Source: a virus (Duplodnaviria > Caudoviricetes). Taken from it: a DNA stretch of 62,440 nt. The number at the start of each line of letters is the position of its first letter. Positions within the stretch are counted from its first letter, which is position 1. The stretch covers positions 1 through 62,440 of the IMG/VR virus record IMGVR_UViG_3300009026_000010; one strand, written 5' to 3'. The notes beneath the pieces are model-generated. The model made no database searches. It was not told the origin of the DNA and saw only the letters and a program-made list of their open reading frames with translations. Shown in pieces: positions 37,401 to 47,129 of the stretch. The position numbers and the translations under genes are program-made.

Positions 37401-40400
37401 GGGTGTGTCACCGATAGTCAGAACCAGATGTACAGGTGCATCGGCGTTGGCACCAAGCAGCCGGGAGGTCACAGCATCGGAGTAGATATTACCTTCCACG
37501 TCTGTGTTCATTGGTACAGCTTTGCGCATGCGGAAACCGCGACGGTTGTAGGCTTCGACCAGTTTGTTGGCGTCCTCAATCTTCACATTCTTGGTTACAC
37601 CAGTCTGCGCCTTGGCAGTAGCGAACTGCAGCGGCTCACCACGGGCAGCGATCTTACCCAACACGGCATACTTCCCTTTCAGGTCTACACCAGTCGGTAG
37701 CTCGCCAACTGCCCACTGCATATTTCGCACAAGCTGCTCAGCACGACTCATTGTCTCTATGAACGAGCGGCGAGGACGTGTAGGGTCACGGCCTTCCAGA
37801 CGATCAGCTGCTGCTTGCTGCGCTGCGCTTCTGCGCTTCGATATCTTGGTTGGTTCATCCCCACGCTCAGTGGCCACACCTACTTCTTTGAGCAGCTGAG
37901 CTGGCATGGTGTCAGGGTCAAGCTCTTGAACACCGAAAGCTTGGGCTACTTGAGCAGTACGATCCTCAGAGTCACCACCGATAGCAGCTGGACCTTCACG
38001 GTCACGTTGGGCCTGTACACGGGCTTGCTGGCTATCAGCCAGAGCATCATCACCGGCACGTACACGGTTCGGTGCGATAGCAGCCAGTGCGCGGGAGTCG
38101 ATACCTGCGTTAAGCGCCCATTGCACCATGTCGAACATCAAGCTACCACGCACGGAAGCACGACCAAGCTCAGAAGGTACGTTGGTGCCGTGTTTGTCGA
38201 TCAGTGCTTGAGTCCACGTAGGGATAGCAGTACCGCGTGCGGCAGCGTTCCGGCTGGCCAGCGCAGCGACGTACTTCTCTACGATCTGCGTAACGTCCTG
38301 CTCGGATAGATACAGCTCGCCAGTTGTGTAGTCCACACGCGGTTCGATACCAAGAGTGTTAAGCACACCAAAGTCCTCAGCCTTGAACGGGAACGCTTCA
38401 CCGGTATTCTGACGTTGTGCTTCAGACAGTTTGCTTCGTGCTCCATCAATAGTGATTGTGGTCTCTTGCCCGCTACGGTCATATCGCGCCAGCACCAGCG
38501 AACCGGGCAGACCATCAGCCAGTGTGTAGCCGTCAACCAACATGTCAGTCACGCCTTCAGCCATTGCTTCCATCAAGGCATTCGGTGTGCGCTTACCAAA
38601 CACTTTCGATCCGACATATAAACGAAGATCAAGCGCGGCTACCGCGCCTTTATCATCGACGAAGCCAAGATATGAACCGTTGGAAGGATCGTTGCGGTCA
38701 TTGTTCAGCTGTTCGATAGTACGTTTCTTCAGTTCGGTGACGAACTTACGTACGCCAGACTCGTTGTTCTGCGCTGTGCCTTTGATGAAGAACATACTGC
38801 GCAGAGCATCAGTCGATACGCCCATTTCGGCCGCGACATCTGCAGGATCAACACCAAGACGTTGAAGCTCGAAGAACGCTGGCACAGCAGCCAGATCACT
38901 CTCGGGTGCCAGCCGCTCGACATTGCGAGTAATGTTCTTAGTCAGCTCGATGTTGGCTGAATCGACAGGATATGGGATGTTCAAGCCACCGGTCTTGATG
39001 CGGCGGTTGCCTGTTGTATCGCCGAACAGCTGAGTGCTCACGTCCTGTACAGATTGAGTTTCACCGAACTCGGCTTCCGAGCCAGCTTCAAAGGCGGTGT
39101 CAGAATCCACAGCAGCCTGAGTCAGATCAGCTTCCTGAGTACCGTCAGGCACTGTGTTGGCGCTCAGCGCATCAAGCACTTCTTGTGGATTGGAGAAAGC
39201 AGTAGATAGGATTTCACTTACATCGCCCACACCTTCGTTGGCAGCATCAAGGATCATTCCTCGTAGCTGGCGTAGCTGGGCAGGAGTGATGTTGTCACGA
39301 TACTCAGGCTTCAGTGCCTGCAACATGAAGTTGTTGAAGTTGCCGTTCTCACGCTGATCTTGGTCGACAAGCTCCTGAACCTGTGTATTGTCAGGCGCTA
39401 CAGCTCGCAGCACAGAGTACCCGCGCTCACCGAAGATGTTCAGAGCGTCGTTGATCATGGGAGCAGTCAGCTGCCCGCCCTCGCCAAAGAACTGACGAGT
39501 TGAAGCGATCCAGTTCCGTACCACCGGACTCTGTGCCTCGTTCTCTACTGCTGCGCTCGACACTACAGCGTCGATTTCTTCCAGCGGCACCGTCGGGTTC
39601 ATGCGTGAAGCTGTACCTTCAGGCTGCAGACGGTTGATACCAGCCTGTGCTGCATCTTCGCGGTTCTTCTTCTCATACAGATTCTGCACTGCTTCTTGCG
39701 CATCAGGATCAAGGTCTGTCTCTTGATCAAGTACCGCACGTTCTTCGTTGGTCAAGTCAGTGCGTGCTTGCAGCTGACGTCCAAGCTCAGCCATACGCTC
39801 AGAAATCGTCTGCTCCTGCACAAGCTCGTCAGCAGCAAGGTCTTCGATACTGGCGTTCGGGTCAGCAGCCGGAGAACGTGGAGTCAGTAGATTACCAATA
39901 CTCTGACGCAGCCCTTCAGTATTCGGGCGCATAGTAGGAGCAGTGTTGAGTGCGTCAGCAGCCACACCTACTGAACTCATAGCTGTGGTGGCTACACCAG
40001 CTGGGATACCGAAGCCTGCACCACCGGCAGCGCCAGCGGCTGCAGATTCAAGGTACTCAGCTCGTGCTTCAGGGTCTCGTGGGTCAACAGCAATGTTCGG
40101 GTTGAATAGCGACTGAGCACCACGGCTTACAGCAGTCTGTCCAACTTCAGTAACTGCTTCGCCAGCGATAGCGCCGGTAGCTACACCAGTGCCTTTGACC
40201 ACAGCATCTGCCATGTTCTTGGCAGGGCTACCGCGTCCTGCGCCCATGAGCTTACGTAGTACACCGGTCTCAGGCAGTACTTCCAGCACTGAACCAATAG
40301 CACCAGCACCGGTTGCAGCAGCAGCACGTTCTCCGATAGTAGCTGTGCTGTCTTGGTCCTGCCTCATGGAGTAGCTGGTCTCACCAGCCAGAACAGGGAA

Positions 40401-40817
40401 GGTAGCAGCTGAGGAAGCCGCGAGCTGTGCCGGTATGGAGGTACCGCCAGTAGCCATAGCAGTCCCCGCAGCGAGAGCAGACACAGGAGCGGATTCACCG
40501 AACTTATTGACGCCATATCTTACGGCCGAGTCTAAGCCTTGAATATCGCCGAGGGTCTGGGGACCGCGCTGCATACGCCCAGCTTTCACCATCTGCTTGT
40601 CGGCATAGCCGTACAAGTCTTGGGCAAGCTCAGGTTTGTCGAGGTTTTCAGCTAATAGGCCAGCGTAGTCAGCGCCGAGACCAAGTGACTGTTCAGTACC
40701 GCGTCGTGCGGCATTCTGGAACAGGTCTTGATCAGAGGATTGTACCGTTGGGTCAGTCTCGCCAAGTGCGTGACCGCGCACCGCACGATTAAGTGGATTG
40801 GGGTCAAACAAGGCCAT
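34437..40817 (-). CDS. giant internal virion/ejection protein (2126 aa) with HExxH motif
   Basis: Size and position; Gly/Ala-rich N-terminus; FHESMH; GGAG SD before ATG 40817. Confidence 0.8.
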   Translation of the reverse strand: MALFDPNPLNRAVRGHALGETDPTVQSSDQDLFQNAARRGTEQSLGLGADYAGLLAENLDKPELAQDLYGYADKQMVKAGRMQRGPQTLGDIQGLDSAVRYGVNKFGESAPVSALAAGTAMATGGTSIPAQLAASSAATFPVLAGETSYSMRQDQDSTATIGERAAAATGAGAIGSVLEVLPETGVLRKLMGAGRGSPAKNMADAVVKGTGVATGAIAGEAVTEVGQTAVSRGAQSLFNPNIAVDPRDPEARAEYLESAAAGAAGGAGFGIPAGVATTAMSSVGVAADALNTAPTMRPNTEGLRQSIGNLLTPRSPAADPNASIEDLAADELVQEQTISERMAELGRQLQARTDLTNEERAVLDQETDLDPDAQEAVQNLYEKKNREDAAQAGINRLQPEGTASRMNPTVPLEEIDAVVSSAAVENEAQSPVVRNWIASTRQFFGEGGQLTAPMINDALNIFGERGYSVLRAVAPDNTQVQELVDQDQRENGNFNNFMLQALKPEYRDNITPAQLRQLRGMILDAANEGVGDVSEILSTAFSNPQEVLDALSANTVPDGTQEADLTQAAVDSDTAFEAGSEAEFGETQSVQDVSTQLFGDTTGNRRIKTGGLNIPYPVDSANIELTKNITRNVERLAPESDLAAVPAFFELQRLGVDPADVAAEMGVSTDALRSMFFIKGTAQNNESGVRKFVTELKKRTIEQLNNDRNDPSNGSYLGFVDDKGAVAALDLRLYVGSKVFGKRTPNALMEAMAEGVTDMLVDGYTLADGLPGSLVLARYDRSGQETTITIDGARSKLSEAQRQNTGEAFPFKAEDFGVLNTLGIEPRVDYTTGELYLSEQDVTQIVEKYVAALASRNAAARGTAIPTWTQALIDKHGTNVPSELGRASVRGSLMFDMVQWALNAGIDSRALAAIAPNRVRAGDDALADSQQARVQAQRDREGPAAIGGDSEDRTAQVAQAFGVQELDPDTMPAQLLKEVGVATERGDEPTKISKRRSAAQQAAADRLEGRDPTRPRRSFIETMSRAEQLVRNMQWAVGELPTGVDLKGKYAVLGKIAARGEPLQFATAKAQTGVTKNVKIEDANKLVEAYNRRGFRMRKAVPMNTDVEGNIYSDAVTSRLLGANADAPVHLVLTIGDTPSSRLATRLGIPVLDLSVPAQQKIAGDILRSYDRGRRQQVQNSSTMSAEMKKAMLKGEERQGIERVRDVVNAQIAKRMDAGMFTTTDMQSLQTLADIVMKADNDFFSAAIEGRSLNTLLDNIDNLNSTFDAYQKEQGKASRVDPGDQITADDDAFVDAIEYIRNVLPDDVRVEISELPGMSGFYSQTTETDTDGNEFVDRVIELSVYTADPMSVAFHESMHALLKTMGRQREQAPFIKALTKAANSPLVLSQLRAKLQGHPAALEQVNKDSEERIAYMYQFWAAGELNLASSVENWFAKFTQMLRQVFGIPSNVDKAGLYMAAFRDGRLKQPSAVNEVVMASLSGPERALRAAPVVQKIYKIAEKVVRTSHGRLKSYGNPALDKIADTFYNDSSSGYLQTVRSVVTMYGSQFGQIMQGVDPADISTLASALHSQKAPTDAALRGRYNQINQLLRRLHAYSKSSGLNVGRVQDYFPQAWDKTTIEDNRDGFIDMLVNNAKFRDDNGRLQSFDRAGAEATADMLLYGEEKLDIQEDLAGYSPFMEASMGRQIVLDDRALAAEFMDHDIVRVLTRYITQAAKRGEYTRHFGPEGENLKEWLDEAMATGVTPEEVRGDINTAIMAMEGTLGHDINPVARNVMSGLVTWQNLAVLPLAIFSSLIDPMGIVVRGGTVEQAWTGFKAGVKNIPQSIRKNGTKSDMQQFAELVGTVESQMTMDMLGDMYGSAFMSDWARKTNNMLFRYNLMEGWNTAIRSAATVAAVDFIERHAQNIDPKNSKRWLSELGITGDNVVFTEEGKLLWSQRDITEHMINTGGDISTALEKSRFAREAINRWVDGAVLRPHAAHRPAWGSDPRWMLIWHLKQFTYSFQKTILERVMHESKNGNYAPLMAIAAYVPFMIAADYLRGMVQGLGEEPDWKKDMSFGETVWHGTQRAGLLGVRQLGMDGAENPMFALGPTAGYMWKAGEKVLDGEVTDAVVAGLPGNVVWKGW

Positions 40818-40823
40818 GGACAG

Positions 40824-40878
40824 CTCCAAGGTATAGGCGTGTAGACGTAACTATACCTTGGAGTATCCTACTTGGCTA
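40824..40878 (-). promoter_or_regulatory. 13-bp SD-occluding hairpin with internal promoter-like TAGCCA-N17-TATAGT
   Basis: Arms 40824-40836 and 40851-40863; SD at 40824-40827; -10 at 40850-40855. Confidence 0.6.
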
Positions 40879-40880
40879 TA

Positions 40881-43304
40881 TCACTGTCGAGCTATGAAAT
40901 TAGCCAGCTCACGGCGTTGTTGCTCAGACAACATGTTACGCATTGCAGCGCTGTTGTTGCCTGCCATAAGCGCCAGCGCCTCGCGTGCTCCTTCAGCTCC
41001 TTGCCCACCGCTTTGAGCCAGTTGAAGCGCTTTGGTGAAGGCTGCGCGTACTGCTGGCTGAGCTTCTGAAGTGACACCCCCGCGTCCACTCATATACGGG
41101 ATGCCGTCTGCACGACCGGGGTTCACATTCTGATAGATCATATCGTTGAAGTTAATGGTCTGACCATCTTGGGTTTGCACCATCAGAGCATCACCATCAG
41201 CGAACACAGCGTTCAAGTTCGATGGCATCATAATGCTCTGGTTGGTACTACCGCTCGGCGCGTAGCTGCGTTGTCCGCGTACTGCATTCTCAGCGGTATT
41301 ACCACCGAAGCCACCGACAGCAGCTCCAGTAGCTGCGCCTATGATCTTACCGCGAACGCCTCGGCCAGCACGGAAACCAGCCGCAGCACCGGCAGTTGCC
41401 CCGCCCAACTCGGGCAACCATGAGTCAGTCTTACCAGTCTGAGCACGTAACTGTGTCTCCACATCGCGGAAGAACAAGTCCTGTTCTTCTTGTGGCCACT
41501 CACTAACAGGTCGTGGTTCCAGAGCACCTTGAGGCCCGACACGGAACATGGCAGCAGTGAGCTGCTGGCGCTGTGCCATGACTTGTTCCAGCTCAGCACG
41601 GGCTTGCTGGTCGCCACCCTGCGCACGAGCGCTGAGGTCAGCAACCATAGACTCCATAGCGTTGCGACGCTGCTCAGCAAACGAACTTTGGCGCAGCTCA
41701 ATCATCTGCGCAGTCTCAGGCGGTACAGACATGCCACCATCCCCGTCAGACTCACCGAACACGTTCAGTACGCGACCGGGGAAAGCCTGAGCATTCCGAG
41801 CAGCAGCATCTTCATAAGCATCAGCATTACCACCAGCTTGACTGTAGCGCTCACGCTCGGCAGCAAGAGCAGCCCGCTCTGCAGCGATGACGTCGCGGTT
41901 CGACATCCGGTTGGTCTCGTTCTGCATACGGCCAAGCTCGATACGCTCACGACGACCGGCCGAGTTCTCGATCTGATCCATCAACGAATCGTTCTGGCGT
42001 TGTAGCCCACGCGCCTGCATGATGTCAGACGGCTTACCAGAACTGAGCATAGACCGGATCATGCGGTTGTTCATGTCGATACGGGACTGGGTGATACGCT
42101 CTTGGCGAGTCATATCGAATCCTTGTCCTGCACCACCTTGTCCTAGCTGCGGAGCAGCGCCAGCACCGGTCTGTGGGCCGAGCATAGCTGCTGCGTTCTC
42201 CATCACGTTGAAGGTGCCTCTACCGTCTCCAAGTCGACCACCAGCGTCGAACTGGCCTTGCGCGTTGGCTATAGCTTCGGGGTTGTTGGTGAACTCAGGC
42301 ACACCATCTGCGCCTTGACGGCCTACGATACCGGGTACACTTGTCTGCCCATATCCTGCTGGCTGAGCGGCTTCAGGCATAGATGCCTGCGTAGCTTCAG
42401 GCATAGATGCGCCAAGCTCAGGCTCAGCGATCTGTGCGCTCGGTACTTGAGGAACAGCACCAGAAGGAGCTTGATACATAGGGTGGCGCGGGTCATCTTC
42501 ATAGACAACCTCAGTGTACCCCGGTACATCATTGATGCCGGGAACTTCAACCTCAAAGCCGCCATCAGACATGATCTGAGGTGTAGACTGCTGCTGCTCA
42601 GCTTGGCGCATAGCTTCGAGAGGACTCATGCCATCGCCACCAAGCATACGGTCTACACCGCCAGCAATCTGGTCTCCTGCTTTGTACCCATAAGCACCAC
42701 CAGCGGCTGTACCGAAAGTCATAGCTGCTGGGCTACGGCGACCGAGCGAGCCACCAGCTACAGCACCAAGACCACCGAGCACAGCACCGGGGATATCGTA
42801 AGCTACCTGTTTGGCAGTTTCACCGATGTCACCACCCGAACGGTTGTATACAGTATTCGCGTTCATAATGGTCTCAGAAGCACCGAGCGCAGTGGCACCG
42901 ATACCGCCAGCTCTGCTGACTGTAGATGCAGGCATACCGCCCGGACTCGGAGGATTCACGATTGTGCCTGTGGCGTTGGTGAACCGCTTCGCACGATCAA
43001 GCGCTTGCTGGCTGCGTTCGCCAAGACCCATACGCTCAGCCTCTGGGCGCGGGGTGAACAAGTCAGGCTGCACGGGCGCGTTACGAAGCGGTGCGTTCGC
43101 ACGGATACGTTCACGGCTGTCAGTAGCCACATCAGGAATACCAGTCTGGCCACGGGTCATTCTGGCGTCAGTGCTGGTGTAGTTCTGCGATGTGGGGGCA
43201 AGCTCTTCTACCCCCGCACGCGGGAGCGGAGGAGGCATGATCCTGCCGGTAGCGCTATCGCGGAAGCCAAGAGGGATTCTGCGTTGTTCAGGGGTTGTAG
43301 GCAT
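40881..43304 (-). CDS. internal virion/ejection protein with glycine-zipper segments
   Basis: GxxxG-rich hydrophobic stretches; Q/A-rich; upstream of the giant protein gene. Confidence 0.75.
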   Translation of the reverse strand: MPTTPEQRRIPLGFRDSATGRIMPPPLPRAGVEELAPTSQNYTSTDARMTRGQTGIPDVATDSRERIRANAPLRNAPVQPDLFTPRPEAERMGLGERSQQALDRAKRFTNATGTIVNPPSPGGMPASTVSRAGGIGATALGASETIMNANTVYNRSGGDIGETAKQVAYDIPGAVLGGLGAVAGGSLGRRSPAAMTFGTAAGGAYGYKAGDQIAGGVDRMLGGDGMSPLEAMRQAEQQQSTPQIMSDGGFEVEVPGINDVPGYTEVVYEDDPRHPMYQAPSGAVPQVPSAQIAEPELGASMPEATQASMPEAAQPAGYGQTSVPGIVGRQGADGVPEFTNNPEAIANAQGQFDAGGRLGDGRGTFNVMENAAAMLGPQTGAGAAPQLGQGGAGQGFDMTRQERITQSRIDMNNRMIRSMLSSGKPSDIMQARGLQRQNDSLMDQIENSAGRRERIELGRMQNETNRMSNRDVIAAERAALAAERERYSQAGGNADAYEDAAARNAQAFPGRVLNVFGESDGDGGMSVPPETAQMIELRQSSFAEQRRNAMESMVADLSARAQGGDQQARAELEQVMAQRQQLTAAMFRVGPQGALEPRPVSEWPQEEQDLFFRDVETQLRAQTGKTDSWLPELGGATAGAAAGFRAGRGVRGKIIGAATGAAVGGFGGNTAENAVRGQRSYAPSGSTNQSIMMPSNLNAVFADGDALMVQTQDGQTINFNDMIYQNVNPGRADGIPYMSGRGGVTSEAQPAVRAAFTKALQLAQSGGQGAEGAREALALMAGNNSAAMRNMLSEQQRRELANFIARQ

Positions 43305-43372
43305 GGTTCTCTCCGACTATCCGGTTGTTCGGTCATTATGCAGTATGTAGCGCCGTAGTCCAATAGTCTGGT

Positions 43373-44290
43373 TTACGGCACGTCTACTACTATGTTTATC
43401 GTCACTGGGTCGCCCACTTCCCAGTTGGGGTCGAGTTGCAGTTCCACACTCAGACCGCCGCTGAAGTTATCTGCAAACGAGTCGAAATACGCTTCCGCTG
43501 TACCAACCACCGTACCTGCGAAGTTGGTAACGGTTAGAGAAAAACTCAGACCATCAATCTGCGTTATATCTATGTCAGACTCGAACCCAACAAATAGTGA
43601 ACTGTCTTGATACACGCCGCCTTCGATATACATGTCATAACCCACATAGTTCACAACTATGGGAAAACCCATAATTGTGGCGGGGCTGGATACGAGGGTA
43701 CCAAGCGGTTCTTCATAACCCTCGTAGCCCAAGCCGATGTAGACAGAATCGCCATAGGCGTCAGTATATAGCTCGGCAACCAGTATGGACACTGAGAACA
43801 TATTGTCGTCAGGATTAAATTCTGGTGGTGGCTCGGGGGGTGGTGGCGGCTCGTACCGTTGACCTGCTATCTCGAAGGCATCAACAAACCGCTCCCAGAA
43901 CGCCGAATAGACGTTGGCAGGCGGTGCCCAGTCACCGAACAGAGGATCACCAACAGGCTGAATACCTGATTCTGCAACCAAGGTCATGCTGGTAACTACT
44001 GGCGTAACCACATCGCTTTCAACTGTGTAGACACCCGTAAACGAATGGATCGCTCCCTCTTCGTCTTGTACATACCCGCTTGCGAAACCAGCACCATCGT
44101 GCGTGGCCCAGCCGAACGAAATGCAATCCAGACCTATAGGCATTACCGACGCCTGACAGATACACAGCTCTGCCTTCTGTTCGGTAGTATACGGCTGCGT
44201 ATTGGCCCAAGGCGGGTTGTATGTGTACGCAGCGTTGGTATCTACTGGACCGCCGCTACTTATCTCCGTGGCCTGAAATAAGAAACTCAT
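43373..44290 (-). CDS. virion protein with Pro-rich linker and acidic C-terminal domain
   Basis: EPPPPPEPPPE linker. Confidence 0.75.
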   Translation of the reverse strand: MSFLFQATEISSGGPVDTNAAYTYNPPWANTQPYTTEQKAELCICQASVMPIGLDCISFGWATHDGAGFASGYVQDEEGAIHSFTGVYTVESDVVTPVVTSMTLVAESGIQPVGDPLFGDWAPPANVYSAFWERFVDAFEIAGQRYEPPPPPEPPPEFNPDDNMFSVSILVAELYTDAYGDSVYIGLGYEGYEEPLGTLVSSPATIMGFPIVVNYVGYDMYIEGGVYQDSSLFVGFESDIDITQIDGLSFSLTVTNFAGTVVGTAEAYFDSFADNFSGGLSVELQLDPNWEVGDPVTINIVVDVP

Positions 44291-44805
44291 GCTTGTAACC
44301 CCCCGACATACACGCTGGTTCCATACTCAGAAACAACCGCACCACTAGCCACTGAAAAACTAGGGCTGTATATAGTAGGTATAAGTCCGGTACCGGGAGG
44401 AAATACGCGAATACGCAAGAACGAGTTGTCTATTCCCAACAATACGGACGAGTCGTGCAGCGGTCCATCCATGGCAACTGGGACATTTATGGGTTGTTGG
44501 TTGGTAACAACCACAAATTTGTAGTCCTCGTTTGGTAGCTGCCACGGGGCAAATAACACATCGCCACTCCCGGCCACATCCCACTCATTGGCCGGGAAAG
44601 GTCGGAAATTGGTGTAATAATCCCAGAACCAAAGCCCTAAAGGCGACACTGCCAGCAACGGGAAGTGGCCAGTGGTATTTACAGCCTCTACTGCGGTATT
44701 CGGGTTCCCTATAAAGGCCACTTCTCTGGTCAGCACATTCACAAGCCGTCCGGGCGATGCTGGGTCTGTAGGTTCCTCGGGGGGTACATAGGTAATGGGT
44801 GTCAT
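44287..44805 (-). CDS. putative tail protein
   Basis: ATGA coupling within the late operon. Confidence 0.7.
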   Translation of the reverse strand: MTPITYVPPEEPTDPASPGRLVNVLTREVAFIGNPNTAVEAVNTTGHFPLLAVSPLGLWFWDYYTNFRPFPANEWDVAGSGDVLFAPWQLPNEDYKFVVVTNQQPINVPVAMDGPLHDSSVLLGIDNSFLRIRVFPPGTGLIPTIYSPSFSVASGAVVSEYGTSVYVGGLQA

Positions 44806-47129
44806 GCTTCTTCCTCTGGTTCAGAAAACCATAATTCACCAAACTCTGGCCTGAATATATCGCTACCAGCGTACCATAACGACCTACCAGCTGTTCCAGA
44901 CGAGAACATACTTATCCACGTTACGCCACCATCAAACGATATTTTTCCTCGCCCGGGGCGTTGTTCATATCCAAAATTATTCGCAGGTGATGGGTTTGGG
45001 TTCATCTGATACGCTGCCATCATAATTATGCCAGTAACTTCGGGTCGGTCGTCCGTCGCAGGTATCCATCGCTGAACCATGTGAGGCTTAGTGAAGTAGT
45101 ACTGCCTCGATGCAGTATAGAACTCAACCTCTTCATCAATGTCGCCTAACCTGACAACGCCGTAAATATAAGACCCTACTTCTGCGGAGGTAAAAAATGT
45201 CCCTACTACCTCCATAATACCGGTAGTCACGTCCATGGTAGCCAGCAGGTACGGCTGAGGGGCCACGTTTTCTATGTCTGAATCTGGTGGTCCTACTGGG
45301 TCTCCGCCTCCATCGGTACCCCCGTCCCCCGGAAGCGAAGGAATGTCAGGTGCTATGAGCTGCGCGGGGAACGCTACTTTGTTTCCCCCATACCAGCACA
45401 CCGAGTTGCGAGCCAAATGGCTAGTCTGCTGAAATGTCCGAGCGTCGATTCCTATAACTATGCCAGCGCTGGGTATACCGAACCCGTCGTTCCCACCGGG
45501 AAACTGAGATAGCTGCATAGTACGTGCATTTAACACTACAGTTCCGTTGGCACTGTGCGGGTTTATGTATAGCGGCTCACCATTCACCATGGCTCCACCA
45601 AAGTACAACTGTCTGCGCGAGCCTAGACCGGTTACAACGTCCAGACCAACAAGGTACCGGTCTGCTAGTTCGTGGGGTTCCATCAGCTCAACGAACTCGC
45701 CATCAGCGTTTAGCACTACATTACGCCATCGACCACAGCGGCGGTTTATCGCGCTACCTCCGGTTTCCGGGTCTAGCTCGTCCTCACGTACAAGACCTAT
45801 GGTAACAAAAGGCACTACCGCCGTAGCTCCTGCCCCGACAGCGGGCTGACCAAACGTATGAGGTACCCACCCGTAGACTCCGTTTTCTGGTCCAGTATTT
45901 ATATCCGTGTACCCGCCCTCTGGATCATTCGGGTCTTCGTATGTATATGGCTTGGCTCGGTCATCAGGATTTACGAAATTCAACGCCGAAAAATCTCGAC
46001 GGCGTATGACCGTTGCCTGCGGAAACCCCTCATCGTCTCGCACGACTTCCACATCAAGCGCGAGTAAGCGCCACAACTGCTGCACTTCTTTAGGGTCTTG
46101 CTTGCTCCCTTGGTACCGGGTAAGCACCCGCCAAACGACACGTTCGTCGCTGACCACTAAAGGCAGACCTACTGCCCATGGTGTGATATATCGGAAGTCT
46201 GACGTATCAAATATGCCTGTTAGGTTTGTGAGTACCAAATTATCAGGAGTCAGCCCTTTGAACGGCGACAGCGGAAACGACCTGTACGTACCTAATGGCA
46301 ATGCTTCATTCCCCCCAAAGCTGACCATTTCTTCGTACACACACCGAGCGCCGTTACCTAAGTACTGCTCTATCCAGAGCGTATCTATGTGTAATCCCAA
46401 GCCGGGAGCGCCCGCAACCTTTATCTCGCGCCGTGTATCTACAACATCTGACGATAATGTTACCGACGCCGGATAAGCACCGTGCACCAGCGAAAAAGAA
46501 AACAATACGTTCGTAGGAGGGCGTCGGTCAGACTTCCAAATATCAGGGTTCCCGAGGGCTAGTTGTCCCGCGCCCGTGCCTTCTGGTTCTATTTTTACCT
46601 TTTGAAAATGGGTTTGCCCATGAGCCATGTAGCCCCCCGCCACTTCTATGGGAGCGTGTGCGCTTAGTGGAGTAGCAGTTAGCTCGAATACCTGCACATC
46701 CGGCGCAGCTACTAATGATGCGGCGTTGCCTCTCGAAAGTCCGACATCCAGCGATTCTACTGCCCCTGCTCTTGGACCCAGAGAAGCGTTCATGCCGGTA
46801 GCGTTACTTCCAGCATCGAAACGTATCGGTCCCGGTATAGGGTTCTCACTGCTTCCCAACGCCAGCTGATCGCGCATTACTTTTCTGCCGACTATAGATA
46901 CTGCGCCGGTATCACTTACTGGTATTACATAATCCCATGCTATATATCCTGCTGGTTCTATAACCGAAGCGCGAAGAAGTTTGTTGGTTCTGCTACCTTC
47001 GATTATGAACCCGTCTATGATCTGATACTTTCTACCATATTTTTCTACTATGCTGCGCGCAAGACGCTCGGCAACCTTGAGCCATTTAGCCCCGGATGCC
47101 GAGTTCGTGCGCTTGCTGCATGGCTTCAC
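44802..47129 (-). CDS. putative tail protein (beta-rich)
   Basis: 775-aa ORF in the late operon. Confidence 0.75.
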   Translation of the reverse strand: MKPCSKRTNSASGAKWLKVAERLARSIVEKYGRKYQIIDGFIIEGSRTNKLLRASVIEPAGYIAWDYVIPVSDTGAVSIVGRKVMRDQLALGSSENPIPGPIRFDAGSNATGMNASLGPRAGAVESLDVGLSRGNAASLVAAPDVQVFELTATPLSAHAPIEVAGGYMAHGQTHFQKVKIEPEGTGAGQLALGNPDIWKSDRRPPTNVLFSFSLVHGAYPASVTLSSDVVDTRREIKVAGAPGLGLHIDTLWIEQYLGNGARCVYEEMVSFGGNEALPLGTYRSFPLSPFKGLTPDNLVLTNLTGIFDTSDFRYITPWAVGLPLVVSDERVVWRVLTRYQGSKQDPKEVQQLWRLLALDVEVVRDDEGFPQATVIRRRDFSALNFVNPDDRAKPYTYEDPNDPEGGYTDINTGPENGVYGWVPHTFGQPAVGAGATAVVPFVTIGLVREDELDPETGGSAINRRCGRWRNVVLNADGEFVELMEPHELADRYLVGLDVVTGLGSRRQLYFGGAMVNGEPLYINPHSANGTVVLNARTMQLSQFPGGNDGFGIPSAGIVIGIDARTFQQTSHLARNSVCWYGGNKVAFPAQLIAPDIPSLPGDGGTDGGGDPVGPPDSDIENVAPQPYLLATMDVTTGIMEVVGTFFTSAEVGSYIYGVVRLGDIDEEVEFYTASRQYYFTKPHMVQRWIPATDDRPEVTGIIMMAAYQMNPNPSPANNFGYEQRPGRGKISFDGGVTWISMFSSGTAGRSLWYAGSDIFRPEFGELWFSEPEEEA

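Noticed and set aside
42369-42412. 24-nt tandem duplication (ASMPEATQ/ASMPEAAQ)
   Set aside because: Ordinary low-complexity linker duplication within a CDS.
42258-43358. 366-aa + strand ORF
   Set aside because: Antisense to the ejection protein gene within a minus-strand operon; no recognisable features.
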